A stretch of DNA of 64,000 nt from an uncultured virus (IMG/VR IMGVR_UViG_3300001242_000018) (Duplodnaviria > Heunggongvirae > Uroviricota > Caudoviricetes): positions 62,001 to 126,000 of IMG/VR virus record IMGVR_UViG_3300001242_000018. One strand, 5' to 3'. This document shows positions 10,481-22,296 of this stretch, piece after piece (positions within the stretch are counted from its first letter, which is position 1; every line of letters begins with the position of its first letter). The notes under the pieces were generated by a model that was not told the DNA's origin, made no database searches, and saw only the letters and a list, made by a program, of their open reading frames with translations. The position numbers and the translations under genes are program-made.

Positions 10481-13156
10481 ATGTACTGGCAGACTAAGGA
10501 ACATGAGAAATACGTCGAAGGTACTAAAATACCACGCATTCGAGCCGGTACTTCGGTACCGGCCGGCGCGGTTAACCTCGCTTATGCTTATGCGCCACTC
10601 CCTTCTGTAAGTAAGAATATTAAGATAGTTGATATAGACGAACCTGGCACCGGGAATATTGACAATCTAAATCCTATAATCATGTGGCCAGACAAAACAA
10701 GTACGTTGTGCAATCTTGCAGGAAAGAATATTATTCCCGGGCAGGATATTCTAATCACTGATATATTTAAAGATGGGATACCTTTATTTTATAAGCATAG
10801 GCTCAAGTATTATATATACAGTCAAAAGCCACCTGATAATGCAGGATTCTACACGGGTAGTTCTATTCAGTTAATTAATAAATACGATTTTCCACTTAGT
10901 ACTAAGTGGCTTGTAAAGATTCTACCGGTATCTAATAAACGTAACCTTTACTATGCAGATGTATATCTTGAGACAGAAGAAAAGGTATATGTTAGGTACG
11001 ATGCTATTGATCTTCGAATTGATAATACCAAAGCAACTTATACCGGGTATAAAGAATTATGTAAGCAAACTCGTATATTCGAGCAAATGAGTATTGACGA
11101 AGTTATGAGCGCATCTCCCTGGGATAGAGTTTATTGCAGGACAAATGGCGACGAGTTTAATACCAGTAGAGTATATGTACCAAACGAAATAATCAAAGAA
11201 GTACGAAAACCTCAACAGTTTCATTATAGTATCCGTCTTGAGGTTCAGGTAAACGCAGAGACAAAGGTGTTCTTTACACCTTCTTATTACGCAGAAGTGT
11301 TAAATAAGAAGTCGTTATTACCCGGAGAACTGACTGAATATAATCGCAACGATAAGATAATTACCAGTAGAGCTGCAAAAGATTTGATAAATCCGTACGT
11401 ACCGAGCGCGTATAGAGATCTTGAAAGTGCTATTTATACTTATACTGCTATATGTGATAATCCAGAAGTAAGGGTTAAGACAAGACCGGATGGATTAGGG
11501 CCCTTATACGCAACTACTACTCAGGATACCGGTAAGGTAAATATAACTGGTGAATACAATACTTTCGTAGAAGATAAGGAGCAGGAATGTTCTTTCATTG
11601 TCGAACTTGTTTATAACGATCTGGTGTACCGACAAAGGTCATTTACTATAAATATTAAAAAGTCTCTCGGTCAAATAGAGGTGACCAATTTTAAGAATAT
11701 CTTTGGTTTCTTAAATCTTACCGAAACAGAACTAAACACATGCTCTGTAAACGTTAAATACCTGGCTAACCCGGATAAGACAATACCTATGGTAGATATG
11801 TTTGTAGCAGACTCGGGTGGTAGATTGATATTTGGAGACAATGGTAATATTCATTTCTCGTATCAAACTATCAATAACAATATCATTCTATACGCAGTAT
11901 CGAGAGCTAATTATCATTATTACGCATCCACATATGCTGTTAAGTCTATTGATTGTCAGCGTATTAAACTATTACCACCGCTAGAAGAAGGGCCTTTTGA
12001 GAGTTGGTACGTTCGTATCCAACGAGGTATGTTTAAAAGGACTATCTTTGATATAGATGAGAACCGGAATACTTACGTTTACTTCTTGCCGGAATATGAG
12101 CGACAACCTTATTCAGGGTTTGGTAAACCTTACGCCAAAGTAGACCATGAAAGACCCATCATAGAAAATAAGTACACTATCAAAGTAAAAAAGATTCCAA
12201 TACTTATTAATGAGCTCGCTCCTGTAGTGATAAAGATTAATGATAAGTCTGTTGGTATTATCGATATAGACCCGGAACGTGGTATTATCGAATTAGAGAG
12301 TATTATTATGGAGACAGATCAGGTTGAAGCCTTCTATTACTATAAGGAAACTTGTCTTACTTATAAGGGTTTTACCGATGAACACAATAATTATTGGTTC
12401 CTGGATTTGAATCCGGGTGTTGGTCATACCTGTAGTATTGTAGGGGTTGATAATAAATACAAAACCATAGAAACTTTCAAATTACTTAACAAGACTATAT
12501 ATATTTATCTTAATCCGGCCGGCCGGCTCGATGAAAATGATCAGTTAATTCCGGGAAGCTACAATCCAAATAGTTTGTTGCATAGTTTCGAACCACTTAA
12601 TGTACCTACAGCGACTCTTATAGGCATGATTAGTATAAGACCTCACCTTACTAGTAAAGGATTATCTATCGTAGATACTAGAACAAGAGGAGGCGGTATC
12701 AAACCTGAACTTATAGATAAGGCTCTTGAGATAGAACCTGCGTCTGAGTATTACTGGGATATTGGTCGACTAGATGGACAACCTTATATGGAATCAGGTA
12801 TAGGGGTAATTAGAGTGCCCAAACAGGTACTTAAGAAATATGGTGGAAAGTTATCAGAAGAGAATGTTGAAACCGTTGTTCATAAGTATATAGCCTGGGG
12901 AACATTACCGATTATCGAATATGTCGATCGTCAAGAGATCATTTTAGAGAAACCCACACATCCGAATATTATATTAAGTGATGAGTTAACCGGAGTCGTT
13001 AAACCATTACATGTTACGGTTAATGATAACGAAAGAATAATTATATCTTCAATAGTAATAGAGAAACCCAGTCACTTAAATATAGACAATATTAACGTTA
13101 GTAAAACGGTAACGCTACCCGGACACCCGAATATAGAAATCGTAAACAACTTCTAA
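10481..13156 (+). CDS. Putative virion structural (baseplate/tail) protein, 891 aa
   Basis: Long ORF with AGGAGG SD, co-oriented within the structural operon; no enzyme motif recognised. Confidence 0.5.
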   Translation: MYWQTKEHEKYVEGTKIPRIRAGTSVPAGAVNLAYAYAPLPSVSKNIKIVDIDEPGTGNIDNLNPIIMWPDKTSTLCNLAGKNIIPGQDILITDIFKDGIPLFYKHRLKYYIYSQKPPDNAGFYTGSSIQLINKYDFPLSTKWLVKILPVSNKRNLYYADVYLETEEKVYVRYDAIDLRIDNTKATYTGYKELCKQTRIFEQMSIDEVMSASPWDRVYCRTNGDEFNTSRVYVPNEIIKEVRKPQQFHYSIRLEVQVNAETKVFFTPSYYAEVLNKKSLLPGELTEYNRNDKIITSRAAKDLINPYVPSAYRDLESAIYTYTAICDNPEVRVKTRPDGLGPLYATTTQDTGKVNITGEYNTFVEDKEQECSFIVELVYNDLVYRQRSFTINIKKSLGQIEVTNFKNIFGFLNLTETELNTCSVNVKYLANPDKTIPMVDMFVADSGGRLIFGDNGNIHFSYQTINNNIILYAVSRANYHYYASTYAVKSIDCQRIKLLPPLEEGPFESWYVRIQRGMFKRTIFDIDENRNTYVYFLPEYERQPYSGFGKPYAKVDHERPIIENKYTIKVKKIPILINELAPVVIKINDKSVGIIDIDPERGIIELESIIMETDQVEAFYYYKETCLTYKGFTDEHNNYWFLDLNPGVGHTCSIVGVDNKYKTIETFKLLNKTIYIYLNPAGRLDENDQLIPGSYNPNSLLHSFEPLNVPTATLIGMISIRPHLTSKGLSIVDTRTRGGGIKPELIDKALEIEPASEYYWDIGRLDGQPYMESGIGVIRVPKQVLKKYGGKLSEENVETVVHKYIAWGTLPIIEYVDRQEIILEKPTHPNIILSDELTGVVKPLHVTVNDNERIIISSIVIEKPSHLNIDNINVSKTVTLPGHPNIEIVNNF

Positions 13157-13168
13157 GGAGGTAAAGCT

Positions 13169-15646
13169 GTGTCTGATGAATTTAAAATAGCAATCGCACC
13201 CGGTAATATTCTAGTCGAACCTGTAGGTATCAGTGTACCTGCGGGTAAGACCGAGCAGATATCTGTAATGTTAGAAATGGATGATGGTACATTAAGTGAA
13301 GCTACAGAGACTTCTGTATATAGTAGTTCAAATATTGCTATAGCGATCGTGTCCGTTACGGGCTTAGTACAGGGTCTTTCTGTTGGTTCGACCTTCATTA
13401 CAGTATCTAATAGCGGACTTACTAGGGAGGTTCCTGTAGAGGTAACCGAGGCTATCATGGATTCTATTAGCACCTCGGTACAAGAAATAGAATTACCAAA
13501 AGGACGTACCGAACTCGTTACGGTTACTGCCAATATGTCTGATGGTACGGTTGTTGATATAACCACCCTGGCTACACTTAGTATTAACGATCCTGAAATA
13601 GCTACTATATCCGGGAATAGAATTACCCTTGCAAAGGTAGGTAGCGCGACCGTAACAGTATCTTACAATTCTTTAACGGCGGTTATTACCGTAATAGTTC
13701 TCGATCCTGTAATCGACTCCATTGCAAGTGATGCTGGAGCGACTACCTTGCCTATCGGTCATCAACGACAATTAATAATAACAGCTACCAAATCAGATGG
13801 TAGTACAGAGAATCTTACTAACTTCGTTACTTATAATTCTACAGACTATGCTGTATTAAATGTATCTAACATAGGTTTGATATCTGCTGTAGGAGAAGGT
13901 ACCGCAGCTATTATCGTCAATTACGAGGATAAACAAATTACAATACCTATGGCAGTAACGCCAGCCATAATAGATGAAGTTACAGTTACAATCGACAAAT
14001 CCACTATCGTAGCTGGTACATTTGCTCAACTAGTCGTAAGATGTAAGTATTCAGATGGACGTATCTCTGATATTACACGAGAGGCTTTATATAATTCAAG
14101 TAGCGTTTCTATTACTACTATATCTAATACAGGAGTTGTAAAAGGTGTAGCAACCGGTAACGCTACGATAACTGCTACTTACAATAACGTTTCCGGAACT
14201 ATACCTATTGTAGTTACCCCTGCCATACCCGTAGAGCTTATCATTGCGCCCGATGTATCTATAATATATATTAATAAATCTGTACAATATAAAGCCTCTG
14301 TTATCTACTCCGACCAAAGTATTGTAGAGGTAACTAATACCGCTACTTGGGTCTCTTCTGTAGAAGGTATTGTTACTATCGAGGGTGGACAAATTATAGG
14401 ATTAGTTGTTGGTGCTACTAATATTACAGTTGTTTACAATGGATTATCCAAGGTAATTCATATTAACGTGGTAAAGGCCGGCTCCTTTAAATTAACAATC
14501 GATAGATGTACCGATGTCGATGTTAAAGGGTATCGAATAATGCGCCGCAGTAAGTTTAATGCATTTCCTATCAAGGTAATGGAAGTTTTGCAACCAGAGA
14601 ATATAAACCCCATTACTATCACAAATGAAAAACTTATCTATAGAGATAACAAATGGTATTCACTGCATGGTAATATTTTAAGTGATAGAGCTATTGCTGT
14701 TAAGGTAAATGACGTGGACGTAACCGATTTTGAAATAGATTTAAAGAATGGAATATTTACTATTACAGCCGGAGAAAGAGATATTGTCAAAGCTAGTTAT
14801 ACTTTCGACGGAGTGAATGCTTTAGATTGCTCCGTTTTACAACCCGGAGTTATTTATTATGGCCCGGAACCTATAGATGATTCACAACTATTACCACCTA
14901 TTAATACTACCATCGAATCTAATGGAATAACCGGTCAATTGATTGTGAAGTTTGACGAGCCACCGGACATGGGTACTGATTACTATTTCTCCTGGATAGC
15001 CTTTGATAAGAGTGGTAATGAATCAGTTCCTTCCGATGAGGTAGCTGGACGGATTATGCAACTACATCCCGAAACTCCGTATAAACTTGAGAAACTGGAT
15101 GATAATGGAGACTGGGGACTTGTAAAATACAATAACCAACGAGTCTTTACTGACGAGCCTGGTAATTTAAATCCAGAACCTGTTAGCAATCTTGATGTTG
15201 ATGTAACATCTTTAGACGGTCAAGGTCTCATTAATGTACAGCTTCGTTGGAATGCTGTCACGTTAGATAGACTTGCTCAATCTTCACAATATAGAGTAAA
15301 ACTCGTTAACTCTGCTGGGCAAGAATCTCTACCAGGCGCAGCTGTAGGCCCGGTAACCGTTCACTGCGGAGTTAGTAAAATCGTAATACGACGTAAGGTA
15401 TACGAAAATGATAATGTATTTCCATCCTTCGATAATCCTGATGCAATTACAGCAGCTGAGATTATCGAAGATAGTATCGTTTATAACGATATGGGACTCG
15501 AAGACTTAACAATATACGCCTATAGTATCTTTACAGTAGATACCTCTGGTAAGCATTCTATGCCAACGACTATCATTGCGGAAGTTGGAGATATTACACC
15601 TCCAGAGCAGGTTGTTATTGAAAACGTCAAGAGCTTACCTCTATAA
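13169..15646 (+). CDS. Ig-like (Big_2) and FN3 domain virion protein
   Basis: About five 'ATxSDG..ED.T....Y.SS...V..VS..G.V.....G.A.IT..Y' repeats; FN3-like 'AFDKSGNES' and 'TVDTSGKHS'. Confidence 0.75.
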   Translation: MSDEFKIAIAPGNILVEPVGISVPAGKTEQISVMLEMDDGTLSEATETSVYSSSNIAIAIVSVTGLVQGLSVGSTFITVSNSGLTREVPVEVTEAIMDSISTSVQEIELPKGRTELVTVTANMSDGTVVDITTLATLSINDPEIATISGNRITLAKVGSATVTVSYNSLTAVITVIVLDPVIDSIASDAGATTLPIGHQRQLIITATKSDGSTENLTNFVTYNSTDYAVLNVSNIGLISAVGEGTAAIIVNYEDKQITIPMAVTPAIIDEVTVTIDKSTIVAGTFAQLVVRCKYSDGRISDITREALYNSSSVSITTISNTGVVKGVATGNATITATYNNVSGTIPIVVTPAIPVELIIAPDVSIIYINKSVQYKASVIYSDQSIVEVTNTATWVSSVEGIVTIEGGQIIGLVVGATNITVVYNGLSKVIHINVVKAGSFKLTIDRCTDVDVKGYRIMRRSKFNAFPIKVMEVLQPENINPITITNEKLIYRDNKWYSLHGNILSDRAIAVKVNDVDVTDFEIDLKNGIFTITAGERDIVKASYTFDGVNALDCSVLQPGVIYYGPEPIDDSQLLPPINTTIESNGITGQLIVKFDEPPDMGTDYYFSWIAFDKSGNESVPSDEVAGRIMQLHPETPYKLEKLDDNGDWGLVKYNNQRVFTDEPGNLNPEPVSNLDVDVTSLDGQGLINVQLRWNAVTLDRLAQSSQYRVKLVNSAGQESLPGAAVGPVTVHCGVSKIVIRRKVYENDNVFPSFDNPDAITAAEIIEDSIVYNDMGLEDLTIYAYSIFTVDTSGKHSMPTTIIAEVGDITPPEQVVIENVKSLPL

Positions 15647-15659
15647 GGAGTGTAAAATA

Positions 15660-17981
15660 ATGACATTAGATCCTAATCGTTTTATAAAGTTACCACCTAA
15701 GGCTGATAATATACAACAAAATATATCTGCTACCGATATCAATATCATTCAAGATATACAAGAGCAAAGTCAACGGATCTTATTTCAGATTCGTGACGAT
15801 AACTTTAAACAAGACTGCCAGATGGTTTTAGAGCACCATCCGGCAGTTAATATCTTATGGATTGACTTATTTAAAAATGATGACCGGATAGATTTATACA
15901 GTAGTTACGAAGTTATCTTTGACGAAAATGAGCGAGCTGTAATATTAAACCCGGACAGTTCAGTACTTACTGGATTTGTATATTCAAAGCCCTATATCAA
16001 TCCCTCAAAGTTACCTGTAAACGATATCATTTTACTGACTAAATATTATACGCCACAAGGAACGTTGGTTAAATTTCAAATAAGTAATAACGGTATAGAT
16101 TACTTTGATATAGATCCTTCCAGTAATCCATTAAAGCATATCTCTACCGATGGTAATACTCTGATTATAAGAGCAGAATTATCTAGATCCGCTCTTACAA
16201 ATAGTCCTCGCATAGAAAGCTGGGCTCTTCTATGGTGGGATCCTACCATAGGTATTATTGCACTACCTGATGGGAGTGTGATCGGAATGCCATTGGGTGA
16301 AGGAACTATTGAAATCGATCCAGAACAGCCGCCGGATGATAGTGATGATGGACAAGTTATAACTGTGAAAGAAACCGCCGATGCGATTAAATTAGGTCGT
16401 CCTCAAGACGGTAGTTGGTCTGACGGTGTAGCTACCTGGACGCCGGATACATTCGTAGCCAATGCTTTAGATGACCTTAATGAAGTTGTTTTATCACTTG
16501 CGCCCGAAAATGCAGAACCCATGACTAAATCTTTATTTGGTGGGCCAACAAAGTATACTGGCAAATTGCCAAAGGATTTAACCAGTGACAAATGGTATAA
16601 AGACGGGAGAGTACCTGGCCAAATAGTAAACGATGTAGTGCTTACATCTAAAGGAATTTGGACAATACCTACATTTAACTTTGCAGATACAGGGCTTATA
16701 TGTCTTTATCTCGATGATACTAAGGTTGCTGCAATAGACCTTGGAGCAAACTTTAATGAAGATAATCGAAACGGAGAGCAGGATTTAACTACGTACAATC
16801 TCACCGGTGACGGATCTCCGTTATTTGAAGGTGCTGCTACATTTACCGGTGGTGTCTTTAAAATACTATGGGTTAAGAAATATAACTTTAAGAAATGGCA
16901 AATAGCATCGGCACAAATAGAACTCGATACTAATATTGGAGATGGTATACACACAATCCAGGTTAAAAGAGAACTTGTTGTACAACAAGAAGGTGATATC
17001 TATCAGATGAGAATAGATACTGATAATACACCGATAGTAGTATCAACATTGCCGACTATTGTAGAGCATAGTATCTTGGGTAGATACCTAAGTGGTGTTA
17101 AATATTATACTATAGGTGATAAGTTTAATATCTCTTATAAAGCTGATAATGTATTTAAGAGTATTTATCATTCAAGTCAAGTAGGAACAATAGAGATGCC
17201 TGGTCTAAATACTAGGATTCAAAATCCACAAAGTATACCAGGAATTGCAGATGTATTTGAAGTTAGCGAGATTGTAGAGTTAGATAAGATAAATGTTGTT
17301 TCAGAAGACGCTTTAGTAACGGTAACTGTTCAAGATCCGTATGGTAATAAAGATATAAAGAAAACGTCATCTAACGGTATTCTGGTTACAACTTATGGAA
17401 ATAGAAGTAATGATACGCAAGAGTATTTCTGTGACGAGATTTATCGACTTCCTCTCAACTTTAACTTCGAGGTTACCAATAATGCAATTAAGAATCAATG
17501 GGATAGCACGCTTGCTTTAATAAATAGTAATGCTCAATGCTATCTAACTGGTTTGATATACCCGGTTAAGGACTTTGTTTCTAACCTACCAGAAAACGTA
17601 GTAAACTACAGTAGTTTTACAGGTAATCAACAGTATTGTCGGGCCTTTGCGGCAGCAAGTGGTAAATCTAGTGTAGTCATGACTTTGGAAGGTATAACTA
17701 ATGGACTCGGTCAGATTGGCCAAGGTGATATTAATATTGAAATCAAGTTACCGAACTTATCCGGTTGGGGAGATGCTCTCAAACCATATGATTCCTCAGC
17801 AGGTAAGAGCCAGGATGGCTGGGGTATGTTGAGCGGAAGTGTTAGCTATTCTGGCGGCAAAGCTACCTTAACAGCTACATTCGGAGGACTCTCGACTGTA
17901 GACTGTGGTGGTAGAATTTACGTTAGAGTTACCCTTAGAAATAATAGTAGGATTATCACAGCACTAAAGGCAGGGTGGTAA
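15660..17981 (+). CDS. Putative virion structural protein
   Basis: Start moved to ATG 15660 after AAGGAG; beta-rich; contains the 'IRAELSR...SPRIESW' motif also seen in neighbouring genes. Confidence 0.5.
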   Translation: MTLDPNRFIKLPPKADNIQQNISATDINIIQDIQEQSQRILFQIRDDNFKQDCQMVLEHHPAVNILWIDLFKNDDRIDLYSSYEVIFDENERAVILNPDSSVLTGFVYSKPYINPSKLPVNDIILLTKYYTPQGTLVKFQISNNGIDYFDIDPSSNPLKHISTDGNTLIIRAELSRSALTNSPRIESWALLWWDPTIGIIALPDGSVIGMPLGEGTIEIDPEQPPDDSDDGQVITVKETADAIKLGRPQDGSWSDGVATWTPDTFVANALDDLNEVVLSLAPENAEPMTKSLFGGPTKYTGKLPKDLTSDKWYKDGRVPGQIVNDVVLTSKGIWTIPTFNFADTGLICLYLDDTKVAAIDLGANFNEDNRNGEQDLTTYNLTGDGSPLFEGAATFTGGVFKILWVKKYNFKKWQIASAQIELDTNIGDGIHTIQVKRELVVQQEGDIYQMRIDTDNTPIVVSTLPTIVEHSILGRYLSGVKYYTIGDKFNISYKADNVFKSIYHSSQVGTIEMPGLNTRIQNPQSIPGIADVFEVSEIVELDKINVVSEDALVTVTVQDPYGNKDIKKTSSNGILVTTYGNRSNDTQEYFCDEIYRLPLNFNFEVTNNAIKNQWDSTLALINSNAQCYLTGLIYPVKDFVSNLPENVVNYSSFTGNQQYCRAFAAASGKSSVVMTLEGITNGLGQIGQGDINIEIKLPNLSGWGDALKPYDSSAGKSQDGWGMLSGSVSYSGGKATLTATFGGLSTVDCGGRIYVRVTLRNNSRIITALKAGW

Positions 17982-17982
17982 G

Positions 17983-18825
17983 ATGGCTAATTGGTTAGAT
18001 AGTTCTAAAACAGATAGACTATGGAAAGCTATATTCAGCCGGGCTCGTACGAGCCCGGATAAACAATTCTTTGAAGAGAATATACCTACCGCTTTCGACC
18101 TACATGCTGACGAAGTGTATGCTGAATCGATCCCCCGAGACGTGCCGATTGCTGATACGGATATTATTAAGAAGATGAATCTCACTCTTACCAGAGATAA
18201 AACAGTTTCGGGGAATAAAGCATGGGTAGCATTACCGGTATGGCAATCTAACTGGTCTTCAGGTACCGGAGATGTTACTGAGATAGCTGGTAACTTTATA
18301 AGTCCCAAATATGGCCCAGGTTATGTAGCGAAGATATTCAAGGGTGATGAAACAAGAATACCTGAGTTATCAGATCTATCCTGGGTATTTGATTATAAAG
18401 CCGGAGTTTTGATGTTTGAAAGCGACCCAGGTCAAAACGGTGTTACGGAAAGTACCTCTATTAAGATAGAAGTCTATCAATATACGGGCCGGATGGTTAG
18501 CGAAAGCTGGGGCCGACCGGGGCGGGTAACAGGAGATTCATACATTGTTAAAGAGAATGAGAAAGTTGTTAGATACGATTCTCCAGGAGGAACAGTTCAT
18601 TTGATTTATTTCGAGTCAAGTCCACCCGGCGCTGTAGAGGATTTAACCGGAAGGGTAAAAGCTGTGGTAATGATAGATGGAGATAAGGCCAAGGTTACTG
18701 GAATTAATTATAAGAATGTGGACACTAAGACTGAATTCTTAGGCGTCCACGAGGAAATTCTAGCCAATACCGATACTGTATTAGATGAGGTTAAAGCTAG
18801 ATTTGGAGGTGTAATAGATGCCTAG
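17983..18825 (+). CDS. Hypothetical virion-associated protein
   Basis: 280-aa ORF tightly coupled to its neighbours. Confidence 0.45.
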   Translation: MANWLDSSKTDRLWKAIFSRARTSPDKQFFEENIPTAFDLHADEVYAESIPRDVPIADTDIIKKMNLTLTRDKTVSGNKAWVALPVWQSNWSSGTGDVTEIAGNFISPKYGPGYVAKIFKGDETRIPELSDLSWVFDYKAGVLMFESDPGQNGVTESTSIKIEVYQYTGRMVSESWGRPGRVTGDSYIVKENEKVVRYDSPGGTVHLIYFESSPPGAVEDLTGRVKAVVMIDGDKAKVTGINYKNVDTKTEFLGVHEEILANTDTVLDEVKARFGGVIDA

Positions 18826-20017
18826 AATTGAACAACGTCCAGATGGTACCTTTATTAAGATAATGACGCCCGTAGAGGCTGACTTATATAATAAAGTATC
18901 TAAGGAGGGTACCGATCGTATTAATGCAGATCTAGAGTTGACTGAACAACTCGGTGTACTCGGAAATGCTCACACGGGACTTGTAAGTAAGGTAAATAGT
19001 TTAGAGACAGGGTTAACTGGAGAGACGGATGCAAGACAAGTTGCCGACCAAACTCTCCATGATTTAATTAGTAGCCTAAGTGGTGTTGACGGTACGAGTA
19101 TATATAATAAAGAAGATATACGATTACTTCTTTCTCCATGGAAAGTGGAAGAGATAGATTTTCCATACACAACTCCTTCTGACGAACTGTTTGATAAAGC
19201 GGATAGTTTTGCTATCAGAGAAGGGTATTACTTTGGAGAGAATGCAGAAATTCATGTCGACAGGGGTATCGAATTTAAAGACAATGTGGTTAGGCGTTAT
19301 ACAATACTCGTCCTAATGGAACAGGCCGATATCGTTAAATTAAAGTTTAAATACGATGGAAATCTTAGTACAAGCATCAATGGAGACATGGATGAAATCG
19401 GTGAAAGTTCTTATGATGTTACTATAGAAAGGTCTTATGATTTAAGAGAAGGCTGGAATATCATTCAGATATTAATAGCTCATAAAATAGGTATAGCCGG
19501 CCTTTCTGTTGAACACGATCTGGTAGCCAAATCTAAGGAATTAGATTGTCTTGTTCGTAAAAGCGGTATTATCTCAGAAGATATGATCGGGCCTGGTGTT
19601 ATTCAACCTGGACATTTAAATCAGTCTGGGAATTATAAGGTGCGGCAATTGACGGTAACTGAAAACTTGATAGTAGGTAACGAATCAACAGGTTCTATCA
19701 AGATCGGTAATGGCATCATGATGAAGACAGAAGATGGGTTCGAGTTAGACTCCCCATTGATAGTAAAGTCTATACAAACACAATCAGGTTTAATCGGAAT
19801 TACAGATATAATGGAAGTTACCATATCTACAAACGGTCAGACAAATCTCGGTTCTCCTCTTGGTTTAATTAAACTATTAGGAGTATCAGTAGGTGATACC
19901 ACCTACTGGGGTTCTAAAAACGCTTCTGTAAATGAAGATGGAGATGTTATATGGACAGGTGTTACCATCCTGAGCCCCTTAATGGATGTCGTTATTATAT
20001 ATAATAAATTAATATAG
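18818..20017 (+). CDS. Putative tail fibre/appendage protein
   Basis: N-terminal coiled coil ('ETDARQVADQTL'), beta-rich C-terminus, GGAGGTG SD. Confidence 0.4.
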   Translation: MPRIEQRPDGTFIKIMTPVEADLYNKVSKEGTDRINADLELTEQLGVLGNAHTGLVSKVNSLETGLTGETDARQVADQTLHDLISSLSGVDGTSIYNKEDIRLLLSPWKVEEIDFPYTTPSDELFDKADSFAIREGYYFGENAEIHVDRGIEFKDNVVRRYTILVLMEQADIVKLKFKYDGNLSTSINGDMDEIGESSYDVTIERSYDLREGWNIIQILIAHKIGIAGLSVEHDLVAKSKELDCLVRKSGIISEDMIGPGVIQPGHLNQSGNYKVRQLTVTENLIVGNESTGSIKIGNGIMMKTEDGFELDSPLIVKSIQTQSGLIGITDIMEVTISTNGQTNLGSPLGLIKLLGVSVGDTTYWGSKNASVNEDGDVIWTGVTILSPLMDVVIIYNKLI

Positions 20018-20083
20018 AGGAACTAATAAATATATGGCTTATTCTATATTGTGAATAGATAATTTGCTATAGGAGGTGAGATA

Positions 20084-22285
20084 ATGAACTTACAGCTTAC
20101 AGATATTGATTTAAAGAATATCAAGAAACAATACCTCTTGGAGCGATTAGATAACCTATACAAAACCGGTGTTATAAAGTCTGAAACAGAGTACTCTTAT
20201 CTTGTAAAGAATATTGAATCTATATCTCTTGATACACCCTCCATGATATTAAGAAAGCAAATTGATTTAACGGATGCTGAGAATATTAACCAGTCGTTCC
20301 AAGAGTTAAATATAGATCTAAATGTACTATTCAAACAGGTCGATTTATTAGACCAATCTATTAATAGACAACAAAGACTTAATCAATCGTCTGTAGAAAA
20401 CTCTATTATCGAACTGAAAATCCTAGATGAAGAACTCGATAACTCTGCTAATTTAATTAATAATAGTGGACAGACTTTCTATAAGGAATCTTTCATAGAC
20501 GGTTTTAATGTAGATCTCGATCCGGCATTAAGATTAGATAGAGATGGCTCATTATTGCCATTTGCGTACATGGACATGGAGCATGAATGCGTTAAGTTGC
20601 CTCTTATAAATGAGGTTAATTGTCTGGTAAATGTACTGGGACAATCGATCGCTTCTATTAACGTGATACGTCAGGTAGCTGCCTCGTTTAGGGAAATAGA
20701 AAACCCTAAATCTTCTCTCGATAAGGCTATTGATACAAGTCCTGATACTTATTGGTACTGTAGTATTTTAACCGACGAACCTGTTAAGGTAAATTTTGGG
20801 CCAGAGGCTTACGGTATAAAAGAAGGCGTACCGTTTATCCTAGACATTACATTAAATGCGGCTCAAAGCGTCAACCAGTTGAGTTTTAAACCATTTACAA
20901 GATTTCCAATTGATATAATTAGTGTCATGGCGTTTAGTTCTGATAATCCTAACGAGCAACCGATTAGTCTTGTTTCGCCATTTCAGGCTATTGAAGATCT
21001 GCGTAATGTATCTACCAAGGATTTACATGTATATACATTCCCGGATATCGTTGTTAAGAAATTCTGGATTATATTAAATCAAAGACACTATATAGAACGA
21101 GACATTATATTATCGAGCAGGGATAAGATTAAGGAAAGAAACTTATTAACTCCTGTTAGCATCATACCTAGTCCCGCTACGTTAAACTTTGCAAATTATG
21201 AAACTATCTGTGAAGAGATGCCGGGTATAATGGCATTCTTAAAAGCTACAAGTGAGATACAAAATGATATAGATAAGATTCTTAAAGCCGATACAGAAGA
21301 TACCAGAGTTCCTGTAGTTAAATATCAGTACGAATTCGGTATGTTTGATATCGGCGTAAAGTACAATCAGTTTGCAATGAGTGCTGTATATGTATCAAGT
21401 CCCATATCCCTGGGTGGGGTAATAAGGGAAGTAAGTATCGCTGTAAGTGAGAAAATACCTATTTATCTAAACGATCAACTTAAAAGATTTAAACTTGCTA
21501 ATATAGAGTATTACATTGGAGACCCGGATAATGAGTTCTACCCTATTGTGCCACTCAATATTGATACCATTTACAACGAACTCCTTATCATGAAGACTTA
21601 TTTAATAAGAGGACAGCAAGTGTTTGGAGCTAAGACAGTAGCAAAGTACGACCGTATTATTACCGTTAAGGGTAATGGTCTACCTCTTGGACAGAATGAG
21701 TATATGATTAACAATGATATTATCATCATCAATGATTGGAAATTTGGAACTATTTACACAGTGGATTATGTTCCTACCGAAGAGGCGAAGATAGTTAAGT
21801 TTGATTTAAATAATGAAACCATTACCCAGGTGTTTAACGGTACCGATAATGCAGGTAAGATTCATTTATCAAAGTATCATTTTATCGATAAAGAGATCCT
21901 ATATAAATTGCCAGAGGATTGGAATCCTAGCATTCTATCCGGCGAACTAATACCGGTTGTAGTTACTATTAAATTAGCAACGGGCGAGACGATTACACAA
22001 CCTCTTAATAGCGAAACCGCCGTGCGGTTAGAAAATAAGACAGATTATTTCACAGGCAATATAGAACTTGAGCAATTCGCGGGGCAGAATTATCAGTACT
22101 GTATCTATGGTAACGAAATGCAATTTAATACCGTATTAGCTAAGGACATTACCGTTACGGTCAACTATTCATATCTGATAGATACACTGCGAGTTAAGGC
22201 TATACTAAGACGGATTGTGCCTGATCAGTTTGGTGTTACACCTATTATGCAAGATTACATGTTACTTACCAAGATTATAAAATAG
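20084..22285 (+). CDS. Putative baseplate/structural protein (paralog 1)
   Basis: N-terminal coiled coil, discoidin-like 'KAIDTSPDTYW', C-terminal 'LRVKAILRR...TPIMQDYML'. Confidence 0.5.
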   Translation: MNLQLTDIDLKNIKKQYLLERLDNLYKTGVIKSETEYSYLVKNIESISLDTPSMILRKQIDLTDAENINQSFQELNIDLNVLFKQVDLLDQSINRQQRLNQSSVENSIIELKILDEELDNSANLINNSGQTFYKESFIDGFNVDLDPALRLDRDGSLLPFAYMDMEHECVKLPLINEVNCLVNVLGQSIASINVIRQVAASFREIENPKSSLDKAIDTSPDTYWYCSILTDEPVKVNFGPEAYGIKEGVPFILDITLNAAQSVNQLSFKPFTRFPIDIISVMAFSSDNPNEQPISLVSPFQAIEDLRNVSTKDLHVYTFPDIVVKKFWIILNQRHYIERDIILSSRDKIKERNLLTPVSIIPSPATLNFANYETICEEMPGIMAFLKATSEIQNDIDKILKADTEDTRVPVVKYQYEFGMFDIGVKYNQFAMSAVYVSSPISLGGVIREVSIAVSEKIPIYLNDQLKRFKLANIEYYIGDPDNEFYPIVPLNIDTIYNELLIMKTYLIRGQQVFGAKTVAKYDRIITVKGNGLPLGQNEYMINNDIIIINDWKFGTIYTVDYVPTEEAKIVKFDLNNETITQVFNGTDNAGKIHLSKYHFIDKEILYKLPEDWNPSILSGELIPVVVTIKLATGETITQPLNSETAVRLENKTDYFTGNIELEQFAGQNYQYCIYGNEMQFNTVLAKDITVTVNYSYLIDTLRVKAILRRIVPDQFGVTPIMQDYMLLTKIIK

Positions 22286-22296
22286 GAGGAGTTTTA